Assembly: GCF_000025925.1 (NCBI RefSeq)
Contig: NC_014033.1
Location: 900,001-932,000 of the forward strand
DNA: 32,000 bases
Reading direction: 5' to 3'
DNA from: Xylanibacter ruminicola 23
GTDB taxonomy: Bacteria > Bacteroidota > Bacteroidia > Bacteroidales > Bacteroidaceae
Shown here one piece after another: positions 1 through 7,157 of this stretch (its first letter is position 1; every line of letters starts with the position of its first letter). The position numbers and the translations under genes are program-made. The notes under the pieces are model-generated. The model saw only the letters and a program-made list of their open reading frames with translations, ran no database searches and was not told the DNA's origin.

Positions 1-494
1 TTCAGGCTGTTGATAATGGCATCTACGCCATCTGTCAGGACGAGGAGCTCGGCGGTATGGTCGAGACTTCATCTAACATCGCCAGCATCCACTCTTCCGA
101 GAATGCCATCGAGATTCTGTCAAGCCAGCGCAGTAACGTCATGTCAAACCTCGACAATATGTGTGCCACCATCCGTGCCGCCTTCCAGTTGGCAGGTGCC
201 GAGGCCACATCGGGCGACGGCTATCCCGCTTGGAAGATGAAGGCCAACTCAGAGCTTCAGAAGATTGTTCGCGAGAGCTACGTAAAACTGTTCGGTAAGG
301 AGCCCGTGGTTCGTGGTATCCACGCTGGTTTGGAGTGCGGTCTGTTCTCGGAGCGCTATCCACAGTTGGATATGGTAAGCTTCGGTCCCACATTGCGCTA
401 TGTGCATACCCCCGACGAGCGTCTGCTCATTCCAACCGTACAGATGGTATGGGATCATCTGCTTGATGTACTTAAAAACATTCCGCAGAAATGA
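1..494 (+). CDS. pepD: aminoacyl-histidine dipeptidase (PepD, peptidase M20C), C-terminal part; 5' end lies outside the window
   Basis: The frame is open from the window edge (codons from nt 3). The sequence ...GYPAWKMKANSELQ...GIHAGLECGLFSERYPQLDMVSFGPTLRYVHTPDERL... matches the conserved PepD C-terminus. Confidence 0.85.
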   Translation, partial: QAVDNGIYAICQDEELGGMVETSSNIASIHSSENAIEILSSQRSNVMSNLDNMCATIRAAFQLAGAEATSGDGYPAWKMKANSELQKIVRESYVKLFGKEPVVRGIHAGLECGLFSERYPQLDMVSFGPTLRYVHTPDERLLIPTVQMVWDHLLDVLKNIPQK

Positions 495-859
495 TGCATA
501 CGCGCGCGTACATTATAAATATAACCCTTTGCTTGGGTGGGCTGCTTTTCGCTTCGTGCGGAAAGCAGTACACCGCCGAGCAGACGGTGAAGGATTTTGT
601 GGCCGAGAATATGCAGGATGGGGTAGAGACCTCGGGTGTTGATTTTGCCGATTTGGGCACCACACGTCACATTAACGACACACTTGTGGCAAAAATGCGA
701 AAAAATGGTGCACCCTTGTTCAAAAGCGGCATTCAGTATGCTCAAGCACCCGCTGGCGATCTGTTCTATCTGAGAATGAGATACTTATATCAAGGCGACA
801 CTTTGCAGAACACCTTCTATCTCGACTCAACGCTTACCCAAGTGGTAGCTTTCAAATAA
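491..859 (+). CDS. small lipoprotein, function unknown
   Basis: ATGA start/stop overlap with pepD. The N-terminus MMHTRAYIINITLCLGGLLFASCGKQ is a lipoprotein signal peptide with a lipobox Cys. Confidence 0.6.
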   Translation: MMHTRAYIINITLCLGGLLFASCGKQYTAEQTVKDFVAENMQDGVETSGVDFADLGTTRHINDTLVAKMRKNGAPLFKSGIQYAQAPAGDLFYLRMRYLYQGDTLQNTFYLDSTLTQVVAFK

Positions 860-910
860 CTTTTTCGAAAAAAAGTCGAATAAAAATTTGGAGGATTCAA
901 AAAATAGTCG

Positions 911-918
911 TACCTTTG
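911..918 (+). promoter_or_regulatory. Bacteroidetes sigma-A type -7 box (TACCTTTG) upstream of the tRNA cluster
   Basis: Exact TAnnTTTG match about 50 nt upstream of tRNA-Ser. Confidence 0.5.
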
Positions 919-967
919 CACCCGCAATCGAGGAGATGCCCCAAGGTTTGGTACTCTAAGGTCCTTT

Positions 968-1054
968 GGAAGGATGGGTGAGTGGCTGAAACCAGCAGTT
1001 TGCTAAACTGCCGTACGGGTTCCCGTACCGGGGGTTCGAATCCCCCTCCTTCCG
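968..1054 (+). tRNA. tRNA-Ser (anticodon GCT), long variable arm
   Basis: Acceptor stem ggaagga/tccttcc. Anticodon stem-loop gcagt-ttGCTaa-actgc. Long variable arm ccgtacgggttcccgtaccgg. T arm ggggg-ttcgaat-ccccc. Confidence 0.9.
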
Positions 1055-1088
1055 CCTCAGGAAGTCTCCACGAGAGCGTGTCGATGTT

Positions 1089-1160
1089 GGTCGATTCATC
1101 TAATGGTTAGGATACAAGATTCTCAATCTTGGCATAGGGGTTCGATTCCCCTATCGACTA
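1089..1160 (+). tRNA. tRNA-Glu (anticodon CTC), copy 1
   Basis: 72-nt cloverleaf folded by hand. Acceptor ggtcgat/atcgact with a G-U at pair 1. Anticodon arm caaga-ttCTCaa-tcttg. T arm agggg-ttcgatt-cccct. Confidence 0.85.
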
Positions 1161-1198
1161 CAACATCTTTGACATTCTGGTCGATAATTTGACATGCT

Positions 1199-1270
1199 GG
1201 TCGATTCATCTAATGGTTAGGATACAAGATTCTCAATCTTGGCATAGGGGTTCGATTCCCCTATCGACTA
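1199..1270 (+). tRNA. tRNA-Glu (anticodon CTC), copy 2, identical to copy 1
   Basis: The 72 nt are identical to 1089-1160, in tandem with a 110-bp period. Confidence 0.85.
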
Positions 1271-1279
1271 CAAAACATG

Positions 1280-1307
1280 AGCTCCCGTTTTTACGGGAGC
1301 TTTTTTC
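1280..1307 (+). terminator. intrinsic terminator after the tRNA cluster
   Basis: Stem agctcccg (1280-1287) / cgggagct (1294-1301), 6-nt loop, followed by a T-run. Confidence 0.7.
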
Positions 1308-1329
1308 ATTCCCTAAAACTAATGTTCGT

Positions 1330-1998
1330 ATGATGTTTCCCGAAGTACATAACAGCGCGCAGCTTACTGAGCTGATTAGCAGCATTGGCTTTTTGCCCTT
1401 GCTCGATAGTGGTATTCGTGGTTTCTCGGCCGAAGAGATTGTAGCTGACGATTGTCGTTATGTAGTGTTCAGCGATGGCGGTTGGGATTGGCCGCTGTGG
1501 AAGTGGAAGGGTAGCATCATCACCGAGGGGCATCATGTGTATGGTAAGTTCTTTGCTGGCAAGGCAGGCTTTATCAGTCGTGAGTGGTGGCCCGATTTCT
1601 GTAACTACCGCCGCAGCAAGTATCCAGCGCCCCAGGAGGGCAGTATTGATGAAGCTATCCTCTTTACCTTAGAGCAGGAGGGCAGTCTGATTACCCGCGA
1701 GCTGCGCAGCCAGTGCGGTTTCACCGGTCCTAAGATGCGTAGTAAGTTCGATGGCTACGTTACCCGCCTGCAGATGGCCACCCGTATCGTTACCGAAGAT
1801 TTTGTGTATCCCCTCGACCGTCACGGTCGTGAGTACGGCTGGGGCTGGTCGCTCCTCACCACACCCGAGCGCCTCTATGGTCGCGCTGCCACCCAGTGCC
1901 CCCGCACTCCCGAAGAATCCTTCCAGCGCATCTTCGCCCACATGCAAACCATCTGCCCCCAAGCCTCCGACAAACAACTCCTTAAAATGCTGAAATAA
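1330..1998 (+). CDS. conserved hypothetical protein, possibly an AlkZ-related / winged-helix protein
   Basis: The track ORF 1189..1998 overlaps tRNA-Glu copy 2 and the terminator, so I trimmed it to the first ATG after the terminator (MMFPEVHNSAQL...). The resemblance to the short Bacteroidales AlkZ-related family is from memory only. Confidence 0.55.
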   Translation: MMFPEVHNSAQLTELISSIGFLPLLDSGIRGFSAEEIVADDCRYVVFSDGGWDWPLWKWKGSIITEGHHVYGKFFAGKAGFISREWWPDFCNYRRSKYPAPQEGSIDEAILFTLEQEGSLITRELRSQCGFTGPKMRSKFDGYVTRLQMATRIVTEDFVYPLDRHGREYGWGWSLLTTPERLYGRAATQCPRTPEESFQRIFAHMQTICPQASDKQLLKMLK

Positions 1999-2050
1999 TA
2001 GTGTAATATTGTTTACAAAATGCACTATCGCACCAACGTTAACGGCAAGA

Positions 2051-2959
2051 TTAGTCGTTATAATGTTCAAGCATTTTCTGTATTGCCGCCTTGATTTCTT
2101 CGCGGACATACTGCGGTTCTAAAACTTCCAACTTTTCCCTATGCCATAAAAGCTGCTGATAGAAGTTAAAGCATGGAACAAGCCTGTATTCAAAAATGCT
2201 CCATTCAGGATTGATCTCAACTTCCTTTTGTGATTCGTGGATAGGCAGTGTCCTTACATATTCCACCTGTTGTCCGTAAACCTTTATCCTTATTATCTCA
2301 GGCTTTTGTTCGTCAGAGTGATTGGCTCCGAAACTGCCGTCAAAGTACTCTTCAACACTTATATCGTTAGTAGGGGCCATTTTCTCCTCTGTCAATGTGA
2401 TATTGTCCATTCGCTCCAATGCGAAAATTGAAATGCCATGATGATGATTATCAGGCTCTGCCACCAGATACCAGCGCTGTTCCCATGTGCGTAGGAAGTA
2501 AGGGATAAGTAATTGATGCTTAACCGTTTGTCGGTTAAACGAGTAATACTCGCACTCTATACCTTTATTTTTGTCAATGGCTTCCAGTATTATCTGCACG
2601 TTCTCTACTCCAGTAGGAGCCTCTGTAAGCATAATCTTGTCGCGATGTTTCAGGGCTAGTTCGGTCATACCTTCAATATGATAGGCTGAGAGTAGATAGT
2701 CAAATAGAGAATCGTTTTCACCATAGAATCCTTTGTTGCGATGCAACTCGTTTTTCCCCGTTCTGGTATTATACTCTATATAACAAGGGAAATTTAACTC
2801 AATATAATCCTTATATCTCAGAAATGTTCGAGGTAGAATATCATCACCTTCATATATAGAAGAGTACTGATAACTCTCATTTATCTCCTTCAGAGTCATT
2901 GCACCTTTCCGCTCCAGCAGATTAATCAGGTAGAGGCATTTTCTTATTTTAGGTTGCAT
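2051..2959 (-). CDS. WYL domain-containing transcriptional regulator (BrxR/CapW-like architecture: N-terminal wHTH, central WYL, C-terminal extension)
   Basis: 302 aa. The N-terminal KCLYLINLLERKGAMTLKEINESY is HTH-like. The literal WYL motif sits in ...RTWEQRWYLVAEPDNHH... at aa 163-165. The size is typical of BrxR/CapW-type regulators. Confidence 0.8.
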   Translation of the reverse strand: MQPKIRKCLYLINLLERKGAMTLKEINESYQYSSIYEGDDILPRTFLRYKDYIELNFPCYIEYNTRTGKNELHRNKGFYGENDSLFDYLLSAYHIEGMTELALKHRDKIMLTEAPTGVENVQIILEAIDKNKGIECEYYSFNRQTVKHQLLIPYFLRTWEQRWYLVAEPDNHHHGISIFALERMDNITLTEEKMAPTNDISVEEYFDGSFGANHSDEQKPEIIRIKVYGQQVEYVRTLPIHESQKEVEINPEWSIFEYRLVPCFNFYQQLLWHREKLEVLEPQYVREEIKAAIQKMLEHYND

Positions 2960-2977
2960 AGGCAGTTATTTTTGTGG

Positions 2978-2985
2978 CAAAGATA
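2978..2985 (-). promoter_or_regulatory. -7 box (TATCTTTG on the minus strand) for the WYL regulator gene
   Basis: TAnnTTTG match 18 nt upstream of the ATG at 2959. Confidence 0.5.
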
Positions 2986-3197
2986 GTTATTATTTTTATA
3001 TACACAAAGGATTATGCTCTTCTTTTTCATTATAAACAGTTTTTTTATTTGCATATTGAGTTCTAGTGTGATGTTCCTCCAAAGCTTCATCCAATTTGTT
3101 GTGCTTGACAATTCCTGGGTATATCCAGGTTGAATGAATTGAAGCATGAAGAACTGGCTATTCATCTTAGAAATAGGGAGTGGGTCTTTTTTTATTT

Positions 3198-3371
3198 TCA
3201 TTTTATCTTTCCTTTATCTATAGAAAATTTTGATGCCCAGTCTTCATAACCACATGAAGGACAAGTTGCCTTAAACTGTGATGAGTCGTAAATTATATCA
3301 CCACCATTACACCACACGACAGGACTGCCACATTTGGGACAAATTAAATCAACAACAATAATACTACTCAT
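3198..3371 (-). CDS. 57-aa zinc-ribbon protein (absent from the ORF track, below its length cut-off)
   Basis: My own translation: MSSIIVVDLICPKCGSPVVWCNGGDIIYDSSQFKATCPSCGYEDWASKFSIDKGKIK. It has two CxxC pairs (CPKC, CPSC). It starts 6 nt after the stop of the upstream 167-aa gene. Confidence 0.6.
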   Translation of the reverse strand: MSSIIVVDLICPKCGSPVVWCNGGDIIYDSSQFKATCPSCGYEDWASKFSIDKGKIK

Positions 3372-3377
3372 AGCACT

Positions 3378-3881
3378 TTAATTTTTATTATTCGATTCCT
3401 TACTTTTACTAATACTCTCCATCTCTTCAACAAATTTCCCAATCAGATTATTGGGATCTTCTACCACATGAAGGAATTCATTAAAAAAGTGTGGTATTCT
3501 CTTATAATTAATTCCATCTTTAGTTACTTCCACATAAACTATTCTTCTTCCAGTATCAAATTCGTGGTTTGTTACTAAGGGAACAATTCTTATCTGATAC
3601 TTGGGCCTACAGATAATTCCTAGGTTCAATAAAAGCTCAGCCATTTTATCTATATTGTCCCAGATATCTTTTGGAAATAGAAATATAGAATAACCTTCAG
3701 GAATATCGACATCTTTCCACTCTTCCGAGTCTAGATATTTTTTATAAGAGTTAGAGTATGGAACAATGACGCCAAGTTTAATTAATTCTGGAGGCAATGG
3801 ATCTCTGTGAACAACGACACTGCCCCATAATACTATGGAAGGACAATATTCATTGTATTTTCGAATTAATTCCATTTTCAT
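3378..3881 (-). CDS. hypothetical protein, 167 aa, no recognisable domain
   Basis: Long ORF in an AT-rich region with its own -7 box 27 nt upstream. Acidic/lysine-rich C-terminal tail. No TM segment. Confidence 0.7.
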   Translation of the reverse strand: MKMELIRKYNEYCPSIVLWGSVVVHRDPLPPELIKLGVIVPYSNSYKKYLDSEEWKDVDIPEGYSIFLFPKDIWDNIDKMAELLLNLGIICRPKYQIRIVPLVTNHEFDTGRRIVYVEVTKDGINYKRIPHFFNEFLHVVEDPNNLIGKFVEEMESISKSKESNNKN

Positions 3882-3908
3882 ATTACCTTTGCTTCATGTT
3901 TCTGGCTG

Positions 3909-3916
3909 CAAAGATA
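3909..3916 (-). promoter_or_regulatory. -7 box (TATCTTTG on the minus strand) for the 167-aa / zinc-ribbon unit
   Basis: TAnnTTTG match 27 nt upstream of the ATG at 3881. Confidence 0.5.
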
Positions 3917-3945
3917 AAAAGAGAGGCAGACATTTTGTGTCCGCC
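3914..3945 (-). terminator. intrinsic terminator ending the 559-aa/342-aa operon
   Basis: Minus strand reads ggcggaca-caaaa-tgtctgcc (one G-U pair), followed by tctcttttta. It lies 20 nt after the stop at 3965. Confidence 0.6.
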
Positions 3946-3964
3946 CCCCAAAAACTTATCAGGA

Positions 3965-4993
3965 TTAAATCAGGATGGTATAAAACAATGATGCTAATGA
4001 GATTGCCAATGCGATTATTGAGACGATCTTATAAACTGCCAATTGTTTCTTCATCTTTTCAAAAATAGCATTTTGATTCTCTATAAAGCCATCTGTCTGC
4101 TCTTGAATCTCCGCAGTTTTATGTTCTGCTTCTTTCTGAAATTCTGATAATGCAATTGCTGTTTGCTCTTTAATCTGAGAAACAAATTCCTCTTGTGCCT
4201 TAACTAATTCTTCGGATGATCGTTTTATCTCGGCAAGAGAATCAGTAATGTGTTTCTCTATTCTATCTAGTGATTCATTTTGTTCATTCTTCAATAACGA
4301 AGATGCTTCTTCTTGATTTTTTTTGATATCTGTAATAGTCACAGATAGCTTATCGTTGAGGTCTTTAATATATGAATCATGGGATTTTTCTAATGACTCA
4401 GCTTCATGTATTATTGTCTGAAGTTTATCATTTATTTTTTTTTGAGTATTTTGCCATTCTGACTGCAATAGAGATAGCCCCTCCTCAAGCTGCTGGTACT
4501 CTTTTGCTTCGGCCTCTACATTCTCGGCAAATATATCAATTAATTCAGAAATACTTATTTCACCCTTTTTGATCTTTTCTGTTACATCATTTAACCTTTT
4601 AACAGCTTTTTCACTTGCTCTTTTATCTCTTCGCTGATTAAATGTTATTATTCCCATACATATGATCATGTTTTTAATAATAATCAGAGTATTGGAAAGA
4701 TTATCATTAAGGTGACCAATGACCTTGGATGTATTCTGAAAAGAACTAGTAAAATCTGTATTAATTGATATCAAAGCATCTTTTACCGAATTCGTTGATG
4801 GAGGTGCCCAATTTGCCCCCAAGATGTTGCCAACCTTTTCTATATCAGCCCCTCCATTATAAATCGTATTCTGTAAGGTTGATATACTACTTTTGATGGT
4901 AGAAACATTCTTCTCTAGTCCTGCAAGTTCTTTCTGTAAATCTGCAAGAGACTTTGGGGGTTCTTTCTGATTTGGCAATAATTCTTTATTCAT
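3965..4993 (-). CDS. tail-anchored coiled-coil membrane protein, 342 aa, function unknown
   Basis: The K/E/Q-rich heptad-like sequence across aa 120-315 suggests a long coiled coil. The C-terminal LAVYKIVSIIALAISLASLFYTILI is a terminal TM helix. A second hydrophobic patch, LIIIKNMIICMGIITF, lies at aa 103-118. ATGA overlap with the upstream gene. Confidence 0.8.
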   Translation of the reverse strand: MNKELLPNQKEPPKSLADLQKELAGLEKNVSTIKSSISTLQNTIYNGGADIEKVGNILGANWAPPSTNSVKDALISINTDFTSSFQNTSKVIGHLNDNLSNTLIIIKNMIICMGIITFNQRRDKRASEKAVKRLNDVTEKIKKGEISISELIDIFAENVEAEAKEYQQLEEGLSLLQSEWQNTQKKINDKLQTIIHEAESLEKSHDSYIKDLNDKLSVTITDIKKNQEEASSLLKNEQNESLDRIEKHITDSLAEIKRSSEELVKAQEEFVSQIKEQTAIALSEFQKEAEHKTAEIQEQTDGFIENQNAIFEKMKKQLAVYKIVSIIALAISLASLFYTILI

Positions 4994-6669
4994 TTCTTTA
5001 TACTTTTTCTAAGATTATATAATTTTATTTCGTTTTCACTCTGGATTTTATCGATTTCTTTTAATGTCGAATTCATCTCTTCGTTATGTTCTTTTTCAAT
5101 CTTTTCAATCTCCTGCCGTTCTTTTTGAACTTCTACAAAACTATTTATATAGGAATACATATATTGGTATGTTCCAAATAATGCAACATCAACTTTGGCG
5201 GAAGATACATGCACATAATAATCCGACAATTCTTTTATCTTATCCATATTGGTATTACGTTCAGCTAAAGAGTTTTCTCGCATCTGATTGTTCTTATACT
5301 GAATAAAAAGATAAGTAATGAGTATTCCCGCTAGACCTACAATAATTGAAACCAACACATTTGCCACATCATCAGACATAGAGCCTAAAATGGGTAAATT
5401 CGTTGATAAGAATTTTGAAATGGCTTCAGTTAGGAAAATGCCTATACAAGTTGAAATGCCTGCAAATATTATTTTCCCTGCAGCCTGCATTCTTTCCTCC
5501 ATTGGCTTGGAGTTATCGCATAGTACTTTAACGGCCCTTCCTAAAGAAAGGGTTGCTTCTCTAATTATTATTACTATGCGTTTTACGGTTGTTATAAAAC
5601 TATTAATTATAAATGTAACAATAGTGGAAATGATACCAGATATTCCGCCTTCTAAGGCAGAATTACCGATTTCCTTTATGTGACTTTGAATTTTATAACG
5701 AATATTTTTCAAGCCCTCAATAATATATAAGATAAAGGATCGGAACCCCTCCAATGTCCCTTCTTTATACTTTTTTATTGCATCTTTAATAATCAAAAAA
5801 CTCTCTTCTACCATTATTTTTAATGCACAACCTAAAGCCTGGCGTAAGGCCAACTTAAGTCCAGCTTTCGCTCCTTCTTTACCTAATTCTTGACCATGAT
5901 AGATAATCCTTTCTTTGGTTGTAGGCTCGTGTTCTTTAACGGCTTCATCAGACCTTCTTTGAGCTGCATTAACACGCCGATTGTCCATTCCTCGATCTTC
6001 TTTATTTGTAAGTTCTGGATTTCGGCTACTTTTTTGAGTTTCATAATCGTATTTATCTTTCTCTCCTAATGATTCATTTAAGGAACCATCGACAACGTTT
6101 AAATTTCTTTTATCTGTACCAAACTTATTTCTTTTTTCTTTATTCTGCATCCAACCTCCCTTTTTATGATATTGTTTTGCGGAGAAAAAATGGTCAACAT
6201 GAGGATTTGTCGTTTCTCTGCCTGTTAATTGATCCTTATCCTGTCCATTAACTTTTCTTTCACTTTTTATCTTCTCTCTTTGTCTAGCCGTAAAATCGTA
6301 ATCTTCTCTATTAAATTTTTCACTATCTTTTGCAAAAATATCTTTTTCGGCATTATGCTGGGTTGTCACTGCACCACCATCTTTATCATTAAACATGGCT
6401 CTAGAGAGACCGAAGGGCCCCAAAATACTGTCTATCACAATGTCTTCGCATTCGTTTGCCAAGTTAAAAACTTGCTCATTGGCGTCGACATTCTTGTTTT
6501 TTTGATTTATTGTTTCTAGTTCATCAAGAAGTCTTTGCTCTTCCTGTTCCAGAGAATTATAAATCAAATCCCAATCTGCATTCTCAATTTCTTCAAAATC
6601 CTTATCCGTCATTTCTGCAATTTCAGAAATTACGATGTCATCATTTGCGTAGTTCTTTAAATCATCCAT
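4990..6669 (-). CDS. 559-aa protein: acidic N-terminus, nuclease-like D-H...N...N motif region, 3-4 TM helices, C-terminal coiled coil; function unknown
   Basis: aa 148-205 read LTGRETTNPHVDHFFSAKQYH...KRNLNVVDGSLNESLGEKD, which resembles a cysteine-less HNH/beta-beta-alpha-Me signature. Hydrophobic helices sit at about aa 338-362, 396-420 and 434-456. The C-terminus is rich in E/K. Confidence 0.85.
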   Translation of the reverse strand: MDDLKNYANDDIVISEIAEMTDKDFEEIENADWDLIYNSLEQEEQRLLDELETINQKNKNVDANEQVFNLANECEDIVIDSILGPFGLSRAMFNDKDGGAVTTQHNAEKDIFAKDSEKFNREDYDFTARQREKIKSERKVNGQDKDQLTGRETTNPHVDHFFSAKQYHKKGGWMQNKEKRNKFGTDKRNLNVVDGSLNESLGEKDKYDYETQKSSRNPELTNKEDRGMDNRRVNAAQRRSDEAVKEHEPTTKERIIYHGQELGKEGAKAGLKLALRQALGCALKIMVEESFLIIKDAIKKYKEGTLEGFRSFILYIIEGLKNIRYKIQSHIKEIGNSALEGGISGIISTIVTFIINSFITTVKRIVIIIREATLSLGRAVKVLCDNSKPMEERMQAAGKIIFAGISTCIGIFLTEAISKFLSTNLPILGSMSDDVANVLVSIIVGLAGILITYLFIQYKNNQMRENSLAERNTNMDKIKELSDYYVHVSSAKVDVALFGTYQYMYSYINSFVEVQKERQEIEKIEKEHNEEMNSTLKEIDKIQSENEIKLYNLRKSIKK

Positions 6670-6832
6670 GACCTTATTGTTTTACGTTCCATATGTTTGC
6701 GACAAGAAGTGTCTCTTCCTCCTCCATATATACTTGTTTGTCAAGAGAACAATTTCTTATAACAATACTTATCAGCCTCCATGTAATATGTCAAATGAGC
6801 GTTGCCGCTTCAGCTCTTTTAGATTGTTTGGG

Positions 6833-6840
6833 CAAATATA
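6833..6840 (-). promoter_or_regulatory. candidate -7 box (TATATTTG on the minus strand) for the 559-aa/342-aa operon
   Basis: This is the only TAnnTTTG match between 6670 and 6913 on the minus strand. It implies a leader of about 155 nt. Confidence 0.4.
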
Positions 6841-6913
6841 GGGATTATTTCTGAAACATCCAAGTATTTGTGCTTTTTTTATATCAAAGAGTGAGTTTTC
6901 TATGTTAAACACT

Positions 6914-7141
6914 CTATGAAATCAGAAAGCAAACTCCCAAAGCAAACAGATGTCTGTATCGCCATAGGGCAGGGAGCTCCAAGTAAACTTCTTCCTCAGT
7001 GAGGGAGATTGATATGATGGCACATCCTATCCAGATCAAAGATGTGAAAGTGTATATTCTAGGGACACCAGCAAATACCATAATTGTTACAACAACCATG
7101 TGGAGGTATGGAATACCTTTTGTTACAATATCTAACGTCAT
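6914..7141 (-). CDS. possible small membrane protein (75 aa, two hydrophobic helices)
   Basis: Starts 17 nt after the M48 gene stop on the same strand. The hydrophobic stretches HMVVVTIMVFAGV and LIWIGCAIISISL are present. No homology recognised. Confidence 0.35.
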   Translation of the reverse strand: MTLDIVTKGIPYLHMVVVTIMVFAGVPRIYTFTSLIWIGCAIISISLTEEEVYLELPALWRYRHLFALGVCFLIS

Positions 7142-7157
7142 AATCTTTTTCTTCAGT

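Noticed and set aside
1189-1329. N-terminal extension of the track ORF 1189..1998
   Set aside because: It reads straight through tRNA-Glu copy 2 (1199-1270) and the terminator hairpin (1280-1307). The real CDS most likely starts at the ATG at 1330.
2944-3201. 85-aa ORF whose ATG overlaps the zinc-ribbon stop (ATGA) and which runs into the WYL gene
   Set aside because: The coupling signal is suggestive. However, the ORF is low-complexity AT-rich sequence, covers the WYL promoter box (2978-2985) and overlaps the WYL start by 16 nt. I treat 2960-3197 as intergenic until expression or conservation data say otherwise.
4317-4443. A8 (4317-4324) and A9 (4435-4443) homopolymer runs inside the 342-aa gene as possible slipped-strand phase-variation switches
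   Set aside because: They encode Lys-rich stretches (IKKNQ, QKKIN) in an AT-rich gene where AAA codons are expected. No out-of-frame alternative ORF or other sign of phase variation is visible.
6674-6727. 17-aa upstream ORF (MEEEETLLVANIWNVKQ) in the leader of the 559-aa gene, ending 4 nt before its ATG
   Set aside because: It could be a leader peptide. Such short ORFs arise easily by chance in a 160-nt AT-rich leader, and I have no conservation evidence.
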